DNA from: the human T2T-CHM13v2.0 reference genome, Homo sapiens | Length of the DNA stretch: 64,000 bases | Assembly (NCBI RefSeq): GCF_009914755.1 | Contig: NC_060933.1 | Strand: one strand, 5' to 3' | In this document: positions 39,428-52,401 of the stretch, piece by piece | Layout of the letters: every line of letters starts with the position of its first letter | How positions within the stretch are numbered: the stretch's first letter is position 1 | Translations under genes and position numbers: made by a program | Notes under the pieces: generated by a model | Seen by the model: the letters and a program-made list of their open reading frames with translations, nothing else | Told to the model about the DNA's origin: nothing | Database searches by the model: none

Positions 39428-41724
39428 TAGCTATACCTCAGGCATATTGCAGGTTTGGTTCCAGACCACCACAGTAAAACAAATATTGTAACAAAGCAAG
39501 TCACATGAATTTTTTGGTTTTGCAGTGTGTATAAAAGTTATGTTTATACTATATAGTAGTCTATTAAGTGTGCAATAGCATTATGTCTTTAAAAAACAAT
39601 GTGTATACCTTAATTTAAAATTACTTTATTGCTAAAAAATGGTAATGATCATCTGAGCCTTCAGCAAGTCATAACCTTTTGCTGGTGGAGGGTCTTGCCT
39701 CATTGTTGATGACTGCTAACTGATCAGGCTGGTGGTTGCTGAAGGTTGGGAAGGCTATGGCAATTTCTTGCAATAAGACAACTATGAAGTTTGCGGCATC
39801 AATTGACTCATCCTTTCATGAAAGATTTATCTGTGGTACGCAATGCTGTTTGATTGCATTTTATTTACAGCACAACTTCTTTTACTTCTTTTGAAACTGG
39901 AGTCAATCCTCTCAAATCCTGCCACTGCTTTATCAACTAAGTTTATGTAATATTTGAAATACTTTGCCATTATTTCAACATTGTTCACAGAATCTTCACC
40001 AGGAATAGATTCTATCTCAAGAAACCACTTTCTTTGCTCATATGTAAGAAGCAACTCCTCACTCATTACAGTTTGACCATGAGATTGCAGCAATTCAGTC
40101 ACATCTTTAGGCTACCCTTCTAGTTTTCTTGCTGTTTCCACTACATCTGTGGTTACTTCTCCCAAAGAAGTCTTGAATCCCTCAAACTCATCCATAAAGA
40201 TTGGAATTAACTTCTTCCAAACTCATGTTAACATTGATATTTTCACCTCCTAGCCTCGATTATGAATGTTCTCAATGGCATCTGGAATGGTGAATCCTTT
40301 CCAGAAGCTTTTCCATTTAGTTTGCCCAGATTCATCAGAGGAATCACTATGGCAGCTGTAGCCTTACAAAATGTATTTATTAAATAATAATATTTGAAAG
40401 TCAAAATTTCTCCTTGATCCATAGACTACATAATGAATGTTGTCTTTGCAGGCATAAAAACATTAATCTCCTGTGCATCTCCATCGGAGCTCTTGAGTGA
40501 ACAGGTATATTGTCAATGAGCAGCAACATTTTGTAAAGAATCCTTTTTTCTGAGCAGTAGGTATCAATAGTGGGATTAAAATATGCAACAAACCATACTA
40601 TAAACAGATATGCTATCATCCAGGTCTTGTTGTTCCATTTATACAGCATAGGCAGAGTAGATTTAGCATAATTATTAAGGGTCCTAGGATATTCAGAATG
40701 ATAAATGAGCATTTAAGCATCAACTTAAGGTCACCAGCTGCATTATACCTTAACAAGAGAATCAGCCTATTTTTTGAAGCTTCGAAGTCAGACATTGACT
40801 TCTCCTCTCTAGCTGTAAAATTTCTAGAGAGCATCTTCTTCCAATAGAGGGCTGTTTGGTTTGTACTGAAAATCTATTTTTTAGTGAAGCCACCTTCACC
40901 AATGATCTTAGCCAGATCTTCTGGATAACTTGCTGCAGCTTCTACATTAGCATTTGCTGCTTCATCTTGCACTTTCATGTTACGGAAACAACTCATTAAC
41001 TAATCTCTGTTAGCCTCAAACTTTTCTTGTGCAGCTTCCTCACCCCTCTCAGCCTCATTAAATTGAAGAGAGTTCGAGTCTTTCTCCAGATTAGGCTTTG
41101 GCTTAAGGAACATTATGGCTGGTTTAATCTTCTATCCCAGCCACTCATACTTTCTCCATATCAGCAATAAGGCTGTTTTGCTTTCTGATCAGTCGTGTGT
41201 TCATTGGAGTAGCACTTTTAAATTCTTTCAATAATGTTTCATTTGCATTCACAACTTGGCTGTGTGGTGCAAGAGGCATAGCTTTCAGCCTGCCTTGGCT
41301 TTTGACATGCCTTTCTCACTAAGCTTAATCACTTCTAGCTTTTGATTTAAAGTGAGAGACATGAGCCTCTTCCTTTCACTTGAACAGTTAGAGGCCATCG
41401 TAAAGTTACTCATTAGCCTAATTTTAATACTGTTCTGTCTCAGGGAATACAAAGGCACAGTTCGTGGTGCCCGAAAATAATTACAATGGTAGCATTAAAG
41501 ATCACTGAACACAGATCACTACAGCAGATATGATAATGAAAAAGTTTGAAATATTGTGAGAATTATCAAAATGTGACACAGAGACATGAAGTAAGCACAC
41601 GCTGTTGGAAAAATGGCACCAACGGTCTTGCTGGATATAGGGTTGCCACAAATCTTCAATCCGTAGAAAATACAATATCTGCAAAACACAATAAAGTAAA
41701 AGACAATAAAATAAGGTACACCTA
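39428..41724 (-). mobile_element. Tigger1 DNA transposon, near full length, transposase disrupted
   Basis: Tigger1-like ends; pogo transposase peptides [35 protein letters not shown] and EELLLTYEQRKWFLEIES. Confidence 0.93.
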
Positions 41725-41859
41725 CACTCCTACCATGGCCTATGTCAAGTTTCCAACAGTTTAAAACTGGCTTTTAAAATTCCTGAAACTGGGGTCTTCC
41801 AATTCCAAAATGGCATCACAGATGCAACTCCAACACACACACACACACACAGAAAACCC

Positions 41860-44445
41860 AAAATAAATATACAGCACTGAAATTATCATCAACAATATCC
41901 CAGAACTAAAATATGAGGATGAATTGGTTCCCAGGGCCACAAAGAAGCAAAAAAATGACAAGAAGACAGTAAGAAAATCAGATTTCCATATCCTGAAATC
42001 ACTCACCCCAATCTGCCTGGCATCAAGTACGTAGAAAATTTCCCTTTACACAGTTTATACACTGGAAAAAGTGAGATTAAAGTGGAGAACCAGCTTCGCC
42101 ACCATCTTGGGTTCCCTGGCAAGAGACCCATTCCTGACTCAACCCATGGGAAACATCATGAGTGACTAAAGGGAAAAAATATCCCTGAGGAAAGCCAGAG
42201 AGAAAGAGTAGAGATGGAACTACCATTTCCAGCCCTGGAAACTCTCCTCTGTAACTCTTCCAAAGAAGATGCCAAATCAGACTGGCTGTTCAGCAGCACC
42301 GTGCTGTAGGAGGCATGTTCTGCAGGCCCCCTGGGCATGAATCTCCAGACAGCCTTTCCACAGGGCTGAGCTATCCCCTTTGGGACCTCCCCGATTTGGG
42401 ACAGGCAGGCACTGATCAGTTGTTTGAGCCGAGGCAAAATTGACACAAAAACCGTTAGCATTTGTACACACCAACAGCAAATGATCTGAAAAAGAAATCC
42501 AGAAAGCAATGTTATTTCCAATAGCTACAAATAATATAAAACACCTAGGAATCAAGTCAACCAAAGAAGTGAAAGATCTATACAAGAAAAATTATAAACC
42601 ACTGATGAAAGAAATTGAAGAGGACACCAAAAACATGGAAAAATATTCCATGCTCATGGACTGAAATAATTTAAATTGTTAAAATGACAATACTACTCAA
42701 AGCAATTTACAGATTCAAAGCAATCTCTATCAAAATACCAATAACATTCTTCACAGAAATAGAAAAACAATCCTAATATTTATATGGAACCATAAAAACC
42801 CTGAATAGCCAAAAATAAAAAAATTCTGAGCAAAAAGAATAAAGGCACAGGCATCACACTATCTGACTTCAAAATATCCTACAAAGCTATAGTAACCAAA
42901 TCAGCATGGTACTGGCACAAGAACAACACATAGACCAATGGAATAGAATAAAGTACTCAGATATAAATCCACAAATTTATAGCCAACTCATTTCAACAAA
43001 GGCACCAAAATCATACAATAGGGAAGGGGGAGTCTCTTCAATAAATGATGCTGGGAAAACCAATATCGTATGCCAAAGAATAAAATTAGACCCTATCTCT
43101 CACCACATGCAAATATCAAATCAAAATGATTCAATATTTATATCTAAGAACTCAAATGTGAAACTACTGTAAGAAAATGTTTGGGAAATGCTCCATAGCA
43201 TTGGTCTTGATAAAGACTTTTTGAGTAAGACCTCAAAAGCCCAGGCAACTGAAGCAAAAACAGAAAAACAGGATTACGTCAAGCAAAAGAACTTCTGCAC
43301 AGCAAAAAAATAATCAACAAAGTGAAGAGACAATCCACAAAATGAATAAAAACATCTTCAAACTATCCATCTGACAAAAGATTAAAAACTAGAATATATA
43401 AGGAACTCAAACAATTCAATAGCAAAAAATAATAACCTGATTTGAAAATAGGCAAAAGATCTGAATAGACATTTCTCAAAAGACACATAAATGGCCAACA
43501 GATATATGAAAAAATGTTCAACATCACTAATCATCAGAAAAATTCAAAACAAAACTACAGAGAGATATCACCTTACCACAATTAGAATAGCTTTGGACAA
43601 AAAGACAGGAAATAATAGGTGCTGGCAAGGATGTAGAGAAAAGGGAACTCTCATACAATGTTGGTGGGAATGTAAATTAGTACAGGCACTATAGAAAACA
43701 GTATGGAAATTCCTCAAAAATCTAAATATAGAGTTATGACATAAGCCAGCAATTCTACTGCTAGGTATACACCCAAAAGAAAGTAAATCAATATAATAAA
43801 AAGATATCGGCACTCCCACATTTATTGCAGCACTATTCACAATAGCCAAAATATGAATTCAACCAAGGTGCCCATCAATGGATAAATGGTTAGAGAAATG
43901 TGGTATATATATACACAATGGAATATTATTCAGACATAAAAAAGAATGAAATTCTGTAATTTGCAGCAGCATGGATGAAACCCAAGGTCATTATGTTACG
44001 CGAACTAAGCCAAGCCCAGAAAGACAAATATCACATGTTCTCACTCATATTGGGAGCTAAAAAATAGTGGATCTCATGAAGATACCGAGTAGATTGGTGT
44101 TTTCCAGAGGCCGAGATAGTATGGGGAAGGAGGGGATGAAGAGAAGTTGGTTTGTGGGTACAGATATACAGTAGCTAGAAGAAATAAGATCTGGTGTTCA
44201 ATGGATCATCGGCGTGACTATAGTTAACATTAATCTATTGTACATTTCAATAGCTAAAAGAGAATAATTCCAATCTTCCTAAAGAAAAGATAAATATTTA
44301 AGGTAATAGATGTCCCAATTACCCTGATTTGATTATATGAATGTATCAAATGAATGTACAAATTACCACATGTACCCCTAAAATATGTACATCTTTTATG
44401 TATCAATAAAAGCATAAACAAAAATTAAAATTAAAAAAATAAAGT
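41860..44445 (+). mobile_element. L1MA-type element: 5'UTR piece (41860-42435) joined to distal ORF2 and 3'UTR
   Basis: Peptides HIDQWNRI and [19 protein letters not shown]; L1MA 3'UTR and A-rich tail. Confidence 0.85.
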
Positions 44446-45379
44446 ATATGAAACTTAACAATCAACTCTCATGACCTGGTTTGAGCCAGCTTCAATATAC
44501 AGCTGGAAAGACATGTGACTTAGATTCTACAATCAGATAAACCTATAATGGAACTTCCCACAGCAACGCAGGAGGGTTGTCCCTGAAACAGGCCTGAGAT
44601 GCATTTGGGCATTGTTCCTGATCTCAGAGTCTCCTGGCCTACCTGGAGGTTTTGTAAACTTTTTTAAATTTTTTTAACAAATGCCTCTTATGCTTTGACT
44701 TAAGACTTAGTAGAGTGGATGATCTTACTTGCAAAGAAGAACTCTGGTCAATTATAATGAGGATCTTTCTGTTTCAGACAGAGAGAGGTACTTGTACGCA
44801 GAATTAAATATTGCCTCCACTGAGCCTGTCTTTAAAGTTTAGGATTTCCCTACGAGCGTGAATTCAGGTTTCATCCAATCCCGTGTGTTCCCCACTGATA
44901 ACAGTGTTAGGCAAAAACAACCTCATACTCAGATTTCTCTGCAACTCAAGATAAATGAAGGGTGTGGCTTTACTGTGTAATGAAGTGTCTAACAAGAGTC
45001 TCAAAAAGACTTGGAAAGAGTGGGGAGTAATTCCCTCCACTTCAGTGGTGCCAGCTCTCACATTCATTAAAGAGGCTGAAAACCTCTGAAGACAACAGAG
45101 GGACCAGGAAGGACATCCATCATGGACACTTTGATAACCTCTCCCGAAAAGTTGGTTCCACAAACTTTACCTTAGATATTGTTCCAGGACTTTCTGGACC
45201 ACCTGCCTCTAAGATACCTGAAATGCTTGTTTAAAATTATTTCTGCCTTGCCCAGCCTCCTGAGTCATAATACCCAGAGTCAAGGAATATACATTTCAAC
45301 TTGTGCTTAAATTTTTTAAGAATCAAGCGTCTTTATAACATCACAGAAAAGGGCTCTCTACCGCCCAGCACACCCAAAT

Positions 45380-45680
45380 ACATACACACACAAACACACA
45401 CACACACACACACGCGTATATGTTTTATATATATGCACACACAAATTATATATATTTAAGTATATGTAAGTATATATTTATATATAAATGCACACATACA
45501 GAAAATCTCGTGTATATACAGGTATATAGGTATATACAGGTATATAGGTATATACAGAAATTTTTATTCTACAAAGTCTAGATATATAGAATTTTATATA
45601 ATCTACATATACAGAAATTTCTATATATAGAAAATTATGTGTGTGTGTATATATGTATGTTTATACGTACCCACACAGAA
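45380..45680. repeat. Low-complexity CA/TA region with short tandem duplications
   Basis: (CA)n, (TA)n and a repeated GTATATACAGGTATATAG. Confidence 0.8.
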
Positions 45681-46009
45681 AATCATAGCTATATAACACA
45701 AATTACATGTTTAGGCATGCCAGACATGACATTATTATGACAGGTTTAATAAAAAGTTTTAACCTATGGTTTTGAATTAAAAATAAAACTCTCCACAGTG
45801 CCTTGGAGATGTGAGAAGGAGTTGAGAGGAGCCCAGTCTATTTGGCTGGGAGTCACCATCTTCTCCCATTTTTCTCTCCATATTTAAAAGCTTCCTGGCT
45901 CCAAGGGGGTTTGTCCCCAGGTAGTTCTTTAAAGAGTGCTCTACCGAAGCAGCTTCTAAATGCTGCTGCTTCTTATCATTCATGGAAGATATAGTGCAAT
46001 TAAAAATAA

Positions 46010-46250
46010 TAATAGCCAACCTTTAAGGAGGTCTGTTTGCAAGGCACCATGCTAAGCACTTTGAATGGATTCCTTCAGTTAATCCTTACAACTATTTGAT
46101 GGAGGAATCATCATTATTCTCATTCTATAAGTAAGGAAAGCAGATGTAAGCTAATTATCCAAGTTCTCCGCAAGTTAGTGGCAGAAGCAGAATATGGTTG
46201 GTGAGAGTCTGACTCCAGAGCCTACACTCTGAAGTTCTGCACCACACTGA
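46010..46250 (-). mobile_element. MIR
   Basis: AGGCACCATGCTAAGCACTT...AATCCTTACAAC...GTCTGACTCCAGAGCC. Confidence 0.75.
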
Positions 46251-46667
46251 TAGTGCCTGGCAGTAGTCAGGTCAAAGATAGAGGAGGGAAATGAAAGGTG
46301 CTGCAGCAAGCTGTCTGACATATGCATAAGGACCTGGAAGAAACCCCTTGACTCAGAAAATCTTGCAATGTTTCACAAGAGGCTGGGTTTCCTCATTAGC
46401 TGATGGGGACTAGTCTGTGACATATGGATGGTGGCAGTGTCTATCACTCCACCCACAGTTTGTGGCCTGAAGAGTTATAAGCCATATATGTATAATTAAG
46501 TGGCTACAGTTCTTATTACAGTGGATGGATTCTGTCGGTGCTATCTGATTCTTTTGTTGTCTTCATTAAAACCCAAGTGAAAGAACACTTCCTAGGGTTT
46601 CTACTGAACAGAGTGGACAATGGGTGCTTGCTGACTGAATTCTACCTCCTCAACTGCCTTGCTTCTG

Positions 46668-47908
46668 TTTTTTATTTTACTTATTTTTATTTCTCCAAAT
46701 TTGTTATTTATCAGGAGTGACTGAAATACAAAATATAATTGAGTCCCATCATCATCATCATGGAAATGGCTTTAAGAGAAAACTGGTTAGATGAATATTA
46801 TTGCTTCCCATTTTCAACCAGTAAATAGTTCCCACTGATAAACTGACAGCCAGGAGTCTGTTAAGAATGCTCAAGATATGTTATATAATACAACATGCCT
46901 GCTCACAGGGGGAAAAAATCCTAGGAAATAACTTATGTGTACTTTTTGATTTCATCACACAAGACAAGCACAAAAGCACCACCCATGCCTCTGAGGACAT
47001 TGGACCATGCACCCTTGAAAAAAGCTTTGTCTCCTTCATCACGAGCAATCTTCCTCCAGCAGTCAAGTGTGCCTGTGTACATGATGTCAGTTGCTTTGAG
47101 TTCTGACTGCATCATCATGCAGCGGCAAACAGTGTCAAATGGATAGGAAGTCAACCCAGCAAATGGAAGTGATGGACTGTGCCATCATCCAGCTGATGAC
47201 GATGCGAGTGTTCTTGGGATCTGGAAGCATTCCCTTTACAGTGCCATAGATACTGAAGTAGACAGCTTGGTAGATGACAATACCCTGCACAGGCACGTTA
47301 AAGCCTTGGTACAGGCCCTTAATCCCATCCGATTTGTAGATCTTAACCAGGCAGTCATCGAGATCTCTGAATCCCCTTTCGCCTCCAGGTCTACCCACAT
47401 CGGCTGCTAGAAAGGTACGGGCAAAACCAAAAGGGTACACAAAACATAAGGATGTGGCCCCAGCGGCACTGCCCGATGCCAGATTCCCTGCAAAGTCATG
47501 CCAAAACTGGGTCTTCTTGTCCACACCACCCAGGAAGATCTGCTTGTTTTTATCTTTGAAGGTGAAGTTGAGAGCCTGGGTGGGGAATTATCTGATGACA
47601 TTGGCCAGGTTACCGCGCCAGAAGGATAGGACTCCCTGCTCCTTGGGAATACGGACCACACAGTCTATAATGCCTTTGTATTGCTTATCTGTGGTGATTT
47701 GCTTGCTGGCATGCTGCACCTGCAGCAGCAGCTTGACCCCCTCGATGGGCACTACTGCCATCTTGGGGATGGCCACAGCGACACCACCTGCCAGGAAGTC
47801 CTCAGCGAAGGACAGAGTGGTATGTGTCATGTTGAAAGGAAAGAGGAGGCAGGTGGCTAAGGGATGGGACTGGGATGGGAACTGGCTTTGACTCCGGGGC
47901 TGTGGGGC
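46668..47908 (-). pseudogene. SLC25A5P: Processed pseudogene of SLC25A5 (ADP/ATP translocase 2, ANT2); CDS remnant 46933-47830
   Basis: Intronless ANT2 peptides from start to end ([66 protein letters not shown]). Nonsense TAA at codon 81 and a frameshift near 47160. 5' and 3' UTRs retained. TSD-like CTGCCTTGCTTCT (46654-46666) / CTGTCTTGCTTTT (47909-47921). Confidence 0.96.
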
Positions 47909-47964
47909 CTGTCTTGCTTTTTGCAGATTTCAAAGGAACTAAAGCCCTTCCCTTAAAGTAATGC

Positions 47965-48170
47965 ATCATTGGTCTAGGTTCATATCCTAACTCTACCACA
48001 CAAGCTCCGCAACCTCAGGCAAGCTAGCTGACATCTCTGAACCTCAGTTGTTGTTGTTGTTTCTGCATTTTTTTTATCTATAAAAAGATGAACATTCTTA
48101 ACTCACAGGAATGAAGAGGAAATGAAAACATTTAGCAAAAGTCCTGGCAGAGTAAATACTCAATGAATAG
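47965..48170 (+). mobile_element. MIR
   Basis: TCTAGGTTCATATCCTAACTCTACCAC...TCTCTGAACCTCAGTT...TAAATACTCAATGAAT. Confidence 0.7.
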
Positions 48171-49087
48171 CAACTGCTTGAATTTTTACAAAAACCCTCA
48201 TCTCTTCCTAAATCATTTATTCATTAATTATTTTTACATAAGTCCCTTTGACAAACTTTTCCAAGTCCTGTGCTTTTGCTTTGTGTACACATATCCTGAC
48301 AGGGACACTGACAGACAGAGGACATGTGTATATGTTGTTAGACCTGGGCTCACTTTCCCTGCAAAAGCAATGTCTGGAAGATGCCACCCCACCTAGTGCA
48401 GTTTGCACAGTGATGCCTACTGTAAGTGAGCCCCAAAGTCTGGAGAGTCAAGCTATCTCTTCCTCCATGCTCTTTATCTTTTCTCTCCAACAAGCAAGAT
48501 CATGGTTTCTTTTCACATGGCAATAAATAGAAGCAGAAAGTTTCTCCTTCATGTTTTGCCTCCCATCCCTCTGTCATCTGTGCACAGGCTGCCTGGTTCT
48601 GGGCATCTCTCTACATCGTGTTATCTTGAGACTCTGTGCATAACAGAGAATAGCAAATCAAATCCACAACCCAAAGCCACACTGAGGAGTAAAACAAACT
48701 CAGATAAAAGGCCATGCCTATTCTGACAAATGAGGAGTGCCAGCCCCATCAGCTAAGGTAAGGCTGAGTGACGCCTTTCTGAAGAAATGTCAGGATTTCA
48801 TTTTCCAGCTTGCCCGCAGTGCATCTCAGGTTGACATCTTTCATGTATTTTTGACATTTACTCATATGAATAAATGGATGTTTGATCTTTCTGGATTTCC
48901 TTCTCAGTGACCAGGAAAAGAAAAATGTAAATGCATCATTTTAAGCCCTCAAACCACTGGTTGTAACTGCAAGACCAATAAGGAAACAGACTTTTTACTC
49001 TCTTCTTTAACCGATTGATATGTTTACCATTTATTATGTCTTATATGTGTAGCTGCAAGCTCCCTGCCCTCAAATCTCATGGACAAA

Positions 49088-49302
49088 GCAGTTTCTGAAT
49101 CTCAGCAATCCTGACATTCAGAGAGGGAGAATTCTTTGTTGTGGAGAGCCATCTGTGCATTGTAGGATGTTTGGCAACTCCATAGCCTCTACCCACTAGC
49201 TGCCAGCACCACCCTCTACTCGCATGTGCCAAACAAAAATATTTCCAAACATTGCCAAACATCCAAAGTGGGGCAAAATTGCCCCTGGCTGAAAACCACT
49301 AA
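49088..49302 (+). mobile_element. MER20 DNA transposon
   Basis: TGTGCATTGTAGGATGTTTGGCA...CCTCTACCCACTAG...GGGGCAAAATTGCCCCTGGCTGAAAACCACT. Confidence 0.88.
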
Positions 49303-50289
49303 ACTAGATAAACATGTGGGTAAATACCTATAATACAATGAGAAGGTGGTAAAAGATGAGACGTATCAAGTGCTACAAAAGGAAAAACTTGCTCCGCCAG
49401 GGAAAGTGAGGAAGACTTCACAGAGGAAATGGCAACTGAGCTACATTTAGAGCTGTTGTTTTTTGAAAATAATTCCTTATTTTGAACTCAAATTAGCCTT
49501 CTTACATAACTATTGACTCTTGGTCTAGGCTTTGGTTAATAGTTGTGTATTAGTTAGTTTTAGATAATAGTTGTGTAAAAAGGCAAATATGAGTTCAAAA
49601 TAAGGAGTTATTCCCAGTCTTGATTTAGACTTTCTCATTTGATTCTTTGAAGTTAATAAATGCAAAAACCAACACTCTACACAAGTATTTCCCAGCTCAC
49701 ACGATACTGTCTGAATTCACCGCTATGGACTCTGGTCTTAAAGGAAAGAAGAATAAGGGAAGAGGTAAATGGGTGAGCTTCAGCCACTATCAATGAATAG
49801 GAGGTCAAAGAAGGGAAAGCAAGCACTGGAAACATATGAACAATATCCTCTATCTCTAAGCAGAAGCATCCATTTTTACATTAAAAACAAAAGTCTGGAC
49901 AAGAACTTTCACAGTGTGGTATCTTTTTCTACTGTGAAATGAGACAAAAGTGAGCTGTAACAGTTGAGTTTTTGATATTTCATTAGTTTAGCCTACTGCA
50001 TTCAACACTTACCCAGAGGCCCTATACGTGCAACCACTGCTGTTGACCAGTGTTGTTTCCTTTGTTCTCCAGGTCTAAGCTGTTTGCTCCTTTCCAGGTT
50101 AAGAAAAGTTCCAGCTGAAACAACAGGTTCTCAGATACTCACTGCTGCAGACCAGTCATGCTAGACAACCACACACTGTTATTGCCTCATCTCTGCAGAG
50201 GTATGTAGGCACCCAGGAGCCCATTTATTTCTCATTGACTTTTAATGCTGATAAACACACAAGTAAGAATGAAGGGACTGGAGAGAAGT

Positions 50290-52250
50290 AATTCTAGTAT
50301 GGTAGAGTAAGAACCTCTAAAAATTCATTGCTCCATAAAAGCAATAAGAACGCTAGTCCAAAAAAATAGTTAAAATTAAAATTAACTTTCTTAGAGCTCT
50401 ACAAATTAACTAAAGGCTTACAAGGATCCAAGAAGCATTTATTCAAGAAAAGTGGCTGAATCTCACTTAGAAAGAGCGAGCTTTGTGGTGTTTGAATTTA
50501 TCTAGTCTACTCTCCCCAGCTCTGTAATAGCCTTGAAAATAGGCAGCCTTAGAAACTATAAACACCAGCAGCTTAACAGCCACCAGAGAGGAAAGAACAG
50601 GTTTAGAGCTTCCTAAAATGCCACAGAGAATTGCCACTATTTGACCTACCTGAAAGCTCTCTGGAAAAGCCTCATTTGCATCTAATTAAACTTAAGAACT
50701 GCACAGCAAAAGAAACTATTAACAGAGTAAATGGACAACATACAGAATGGGAGAAAATATTTACAAACTATGCATCTGACAAAGGTCTAATATCCAATAT
50801 CTATAAGAAAATTAAACAAATTAACAAGGAAAAAACAAACAACCCCATTAAAAAGTGGGCAAAGAACATGAACAGACACTTTTCAAAAGAAGATTCCATG
50901 CAGCCAACAAGCATATAAACAAACGCTCAGTATCACTGATCATTAGAGAAATGCAAATCAATACCACAATGAGATATCACCTCACACCAATCAGAATTGC
51001 TATTACTGAAAAGTCAAAAAATAACAGATGCTGACAAGGTTGCAGAGAAAGGGGAATGCTAATACACTATTGGTGAGAGTGTAAATTAGCTCAATCATTG
51101 GGGAAAGCAGTGGCAATTTCTCAAAGAGCTAAAAACGGAACTACCATTCAACCCAGCAATCCCATTACTGAGTATATACCCAAAGGAATATACATTGTTC
51201 TGTCATAAAGACACATGCATGCATATGTTCACTGCAGAACTATTTACAATAGCGAAGACATGGAATCAACCTAAGTGCCCATCAGTAACAGATTGGATAA
51301 AGAAAATGTGGTACATATACACCAAGGAACACTGTGAAGCCATAAAAAAGAATGAGATCATGTCTTTTGCAGACACATGAATTGAGCTGGAGGCCATTAT
51401 TCTTAGCAAACTAATGGAGGAACAAAACACCAAATACCACATGTTCTAACTTATAAGTGGGAACTAATTGATGAGAACTCATGGACACAAAGAAGGTAAC
51501 AATAGACGCTGAGGCCTACTTGAGGGTGGAGGGTGGGAGGAGGGAAAAGGTCAGAAAAAATAATTCTTGGGTACTAGGCTTAGTACCTGGGTGACAAAAT
51601 AATCTGTACAACAAACCCCTGTGACATGAGTTTACCTATATAACAAACCTGCACATGTACTCCTGAGCCTAAAATAACAGTTAAGGAAAAGAAATGAAAA
51701 GCCCCATTCATAGGGTTTCTCTTTATTTGACCTGACTCAGAGTCACTCAATAAGAAAAAGTCTATTCTCAGTGCATTTGTCAAAAACAGCCACAATTGCT
51801 TAACATCAAGCTGCCAGAGGCTGTGAAACTAATTCAGTCAAAAAAAAAAAAAAAAAAAAAAAGATGGCCAAAAACCTTGAAACAAAAATCTGGTAATAAA
51901 ATGTCTATAAGGAGCTTTTAAAAGCTACAAGATATTCCTGGGGATCTAGAAGGCTACACACATAGGCAGGGCCGGGCACATTCCCAGGAAATACCTGAGA
52001 AGACCCTAACCTTCCACCTCTGGCTGAGTGGGAGGCTCTGAGCAAGCAGGCAGTGAAAGCTAAGGTAGGGTTGCAAACTGCTAAGCACTGAAAGTGTGCC
52101 CCAAAGCATATACAGAAGGGTGGAAGATTGATTGGTCACAGAATTTAAGAAAATCTTCATTCAGTCCTACAGCTGGCCACTAAGCTAATCAAGCAGAGAC
52201 TTCAGCACCACATAAAAGTAAACAGAGTATACATAATTAGTTCATGAAAT
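50290..52250 (+). mobile_element. Old L1M4-like 5' region, split by an L1PA insertion
   Basis: L1M-like 5'UTR sequence continues across the TSD of the nested L1. Confidence 0.6.
50677..51695 (+). mobile_element. 5'-truncated L1PA13-15-like element (~1 kb)
   Basis: ORF2 C-terminal peptides and 3'UTR; TSD GAAAAGCCTCATT (50664-50676) / GAAAAGCCCCATT (51696-51708). Confidence 0.9.
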
Positions 52251-52401
52251 ATATTTTTAAAAGAATATTATTTTCAACAAATGGTACAGGGACAACTGGA
52301 TAGCCAGTCACAGGCAAAAGAAGAAAGTGGACCCTACCTCACTCCATCTACAAAATTTTATTCTAATTATTAGAGCTAAGCCTACAAAACGCTTGGAAGG
52401 T

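Noticed and set aside
46933-47830. Functional ANT2-like retrogene
   Set aside because: TAA at codon 81, a frameshift near 47160 and loss of the RRRMMM signature (reads CRCMMM).
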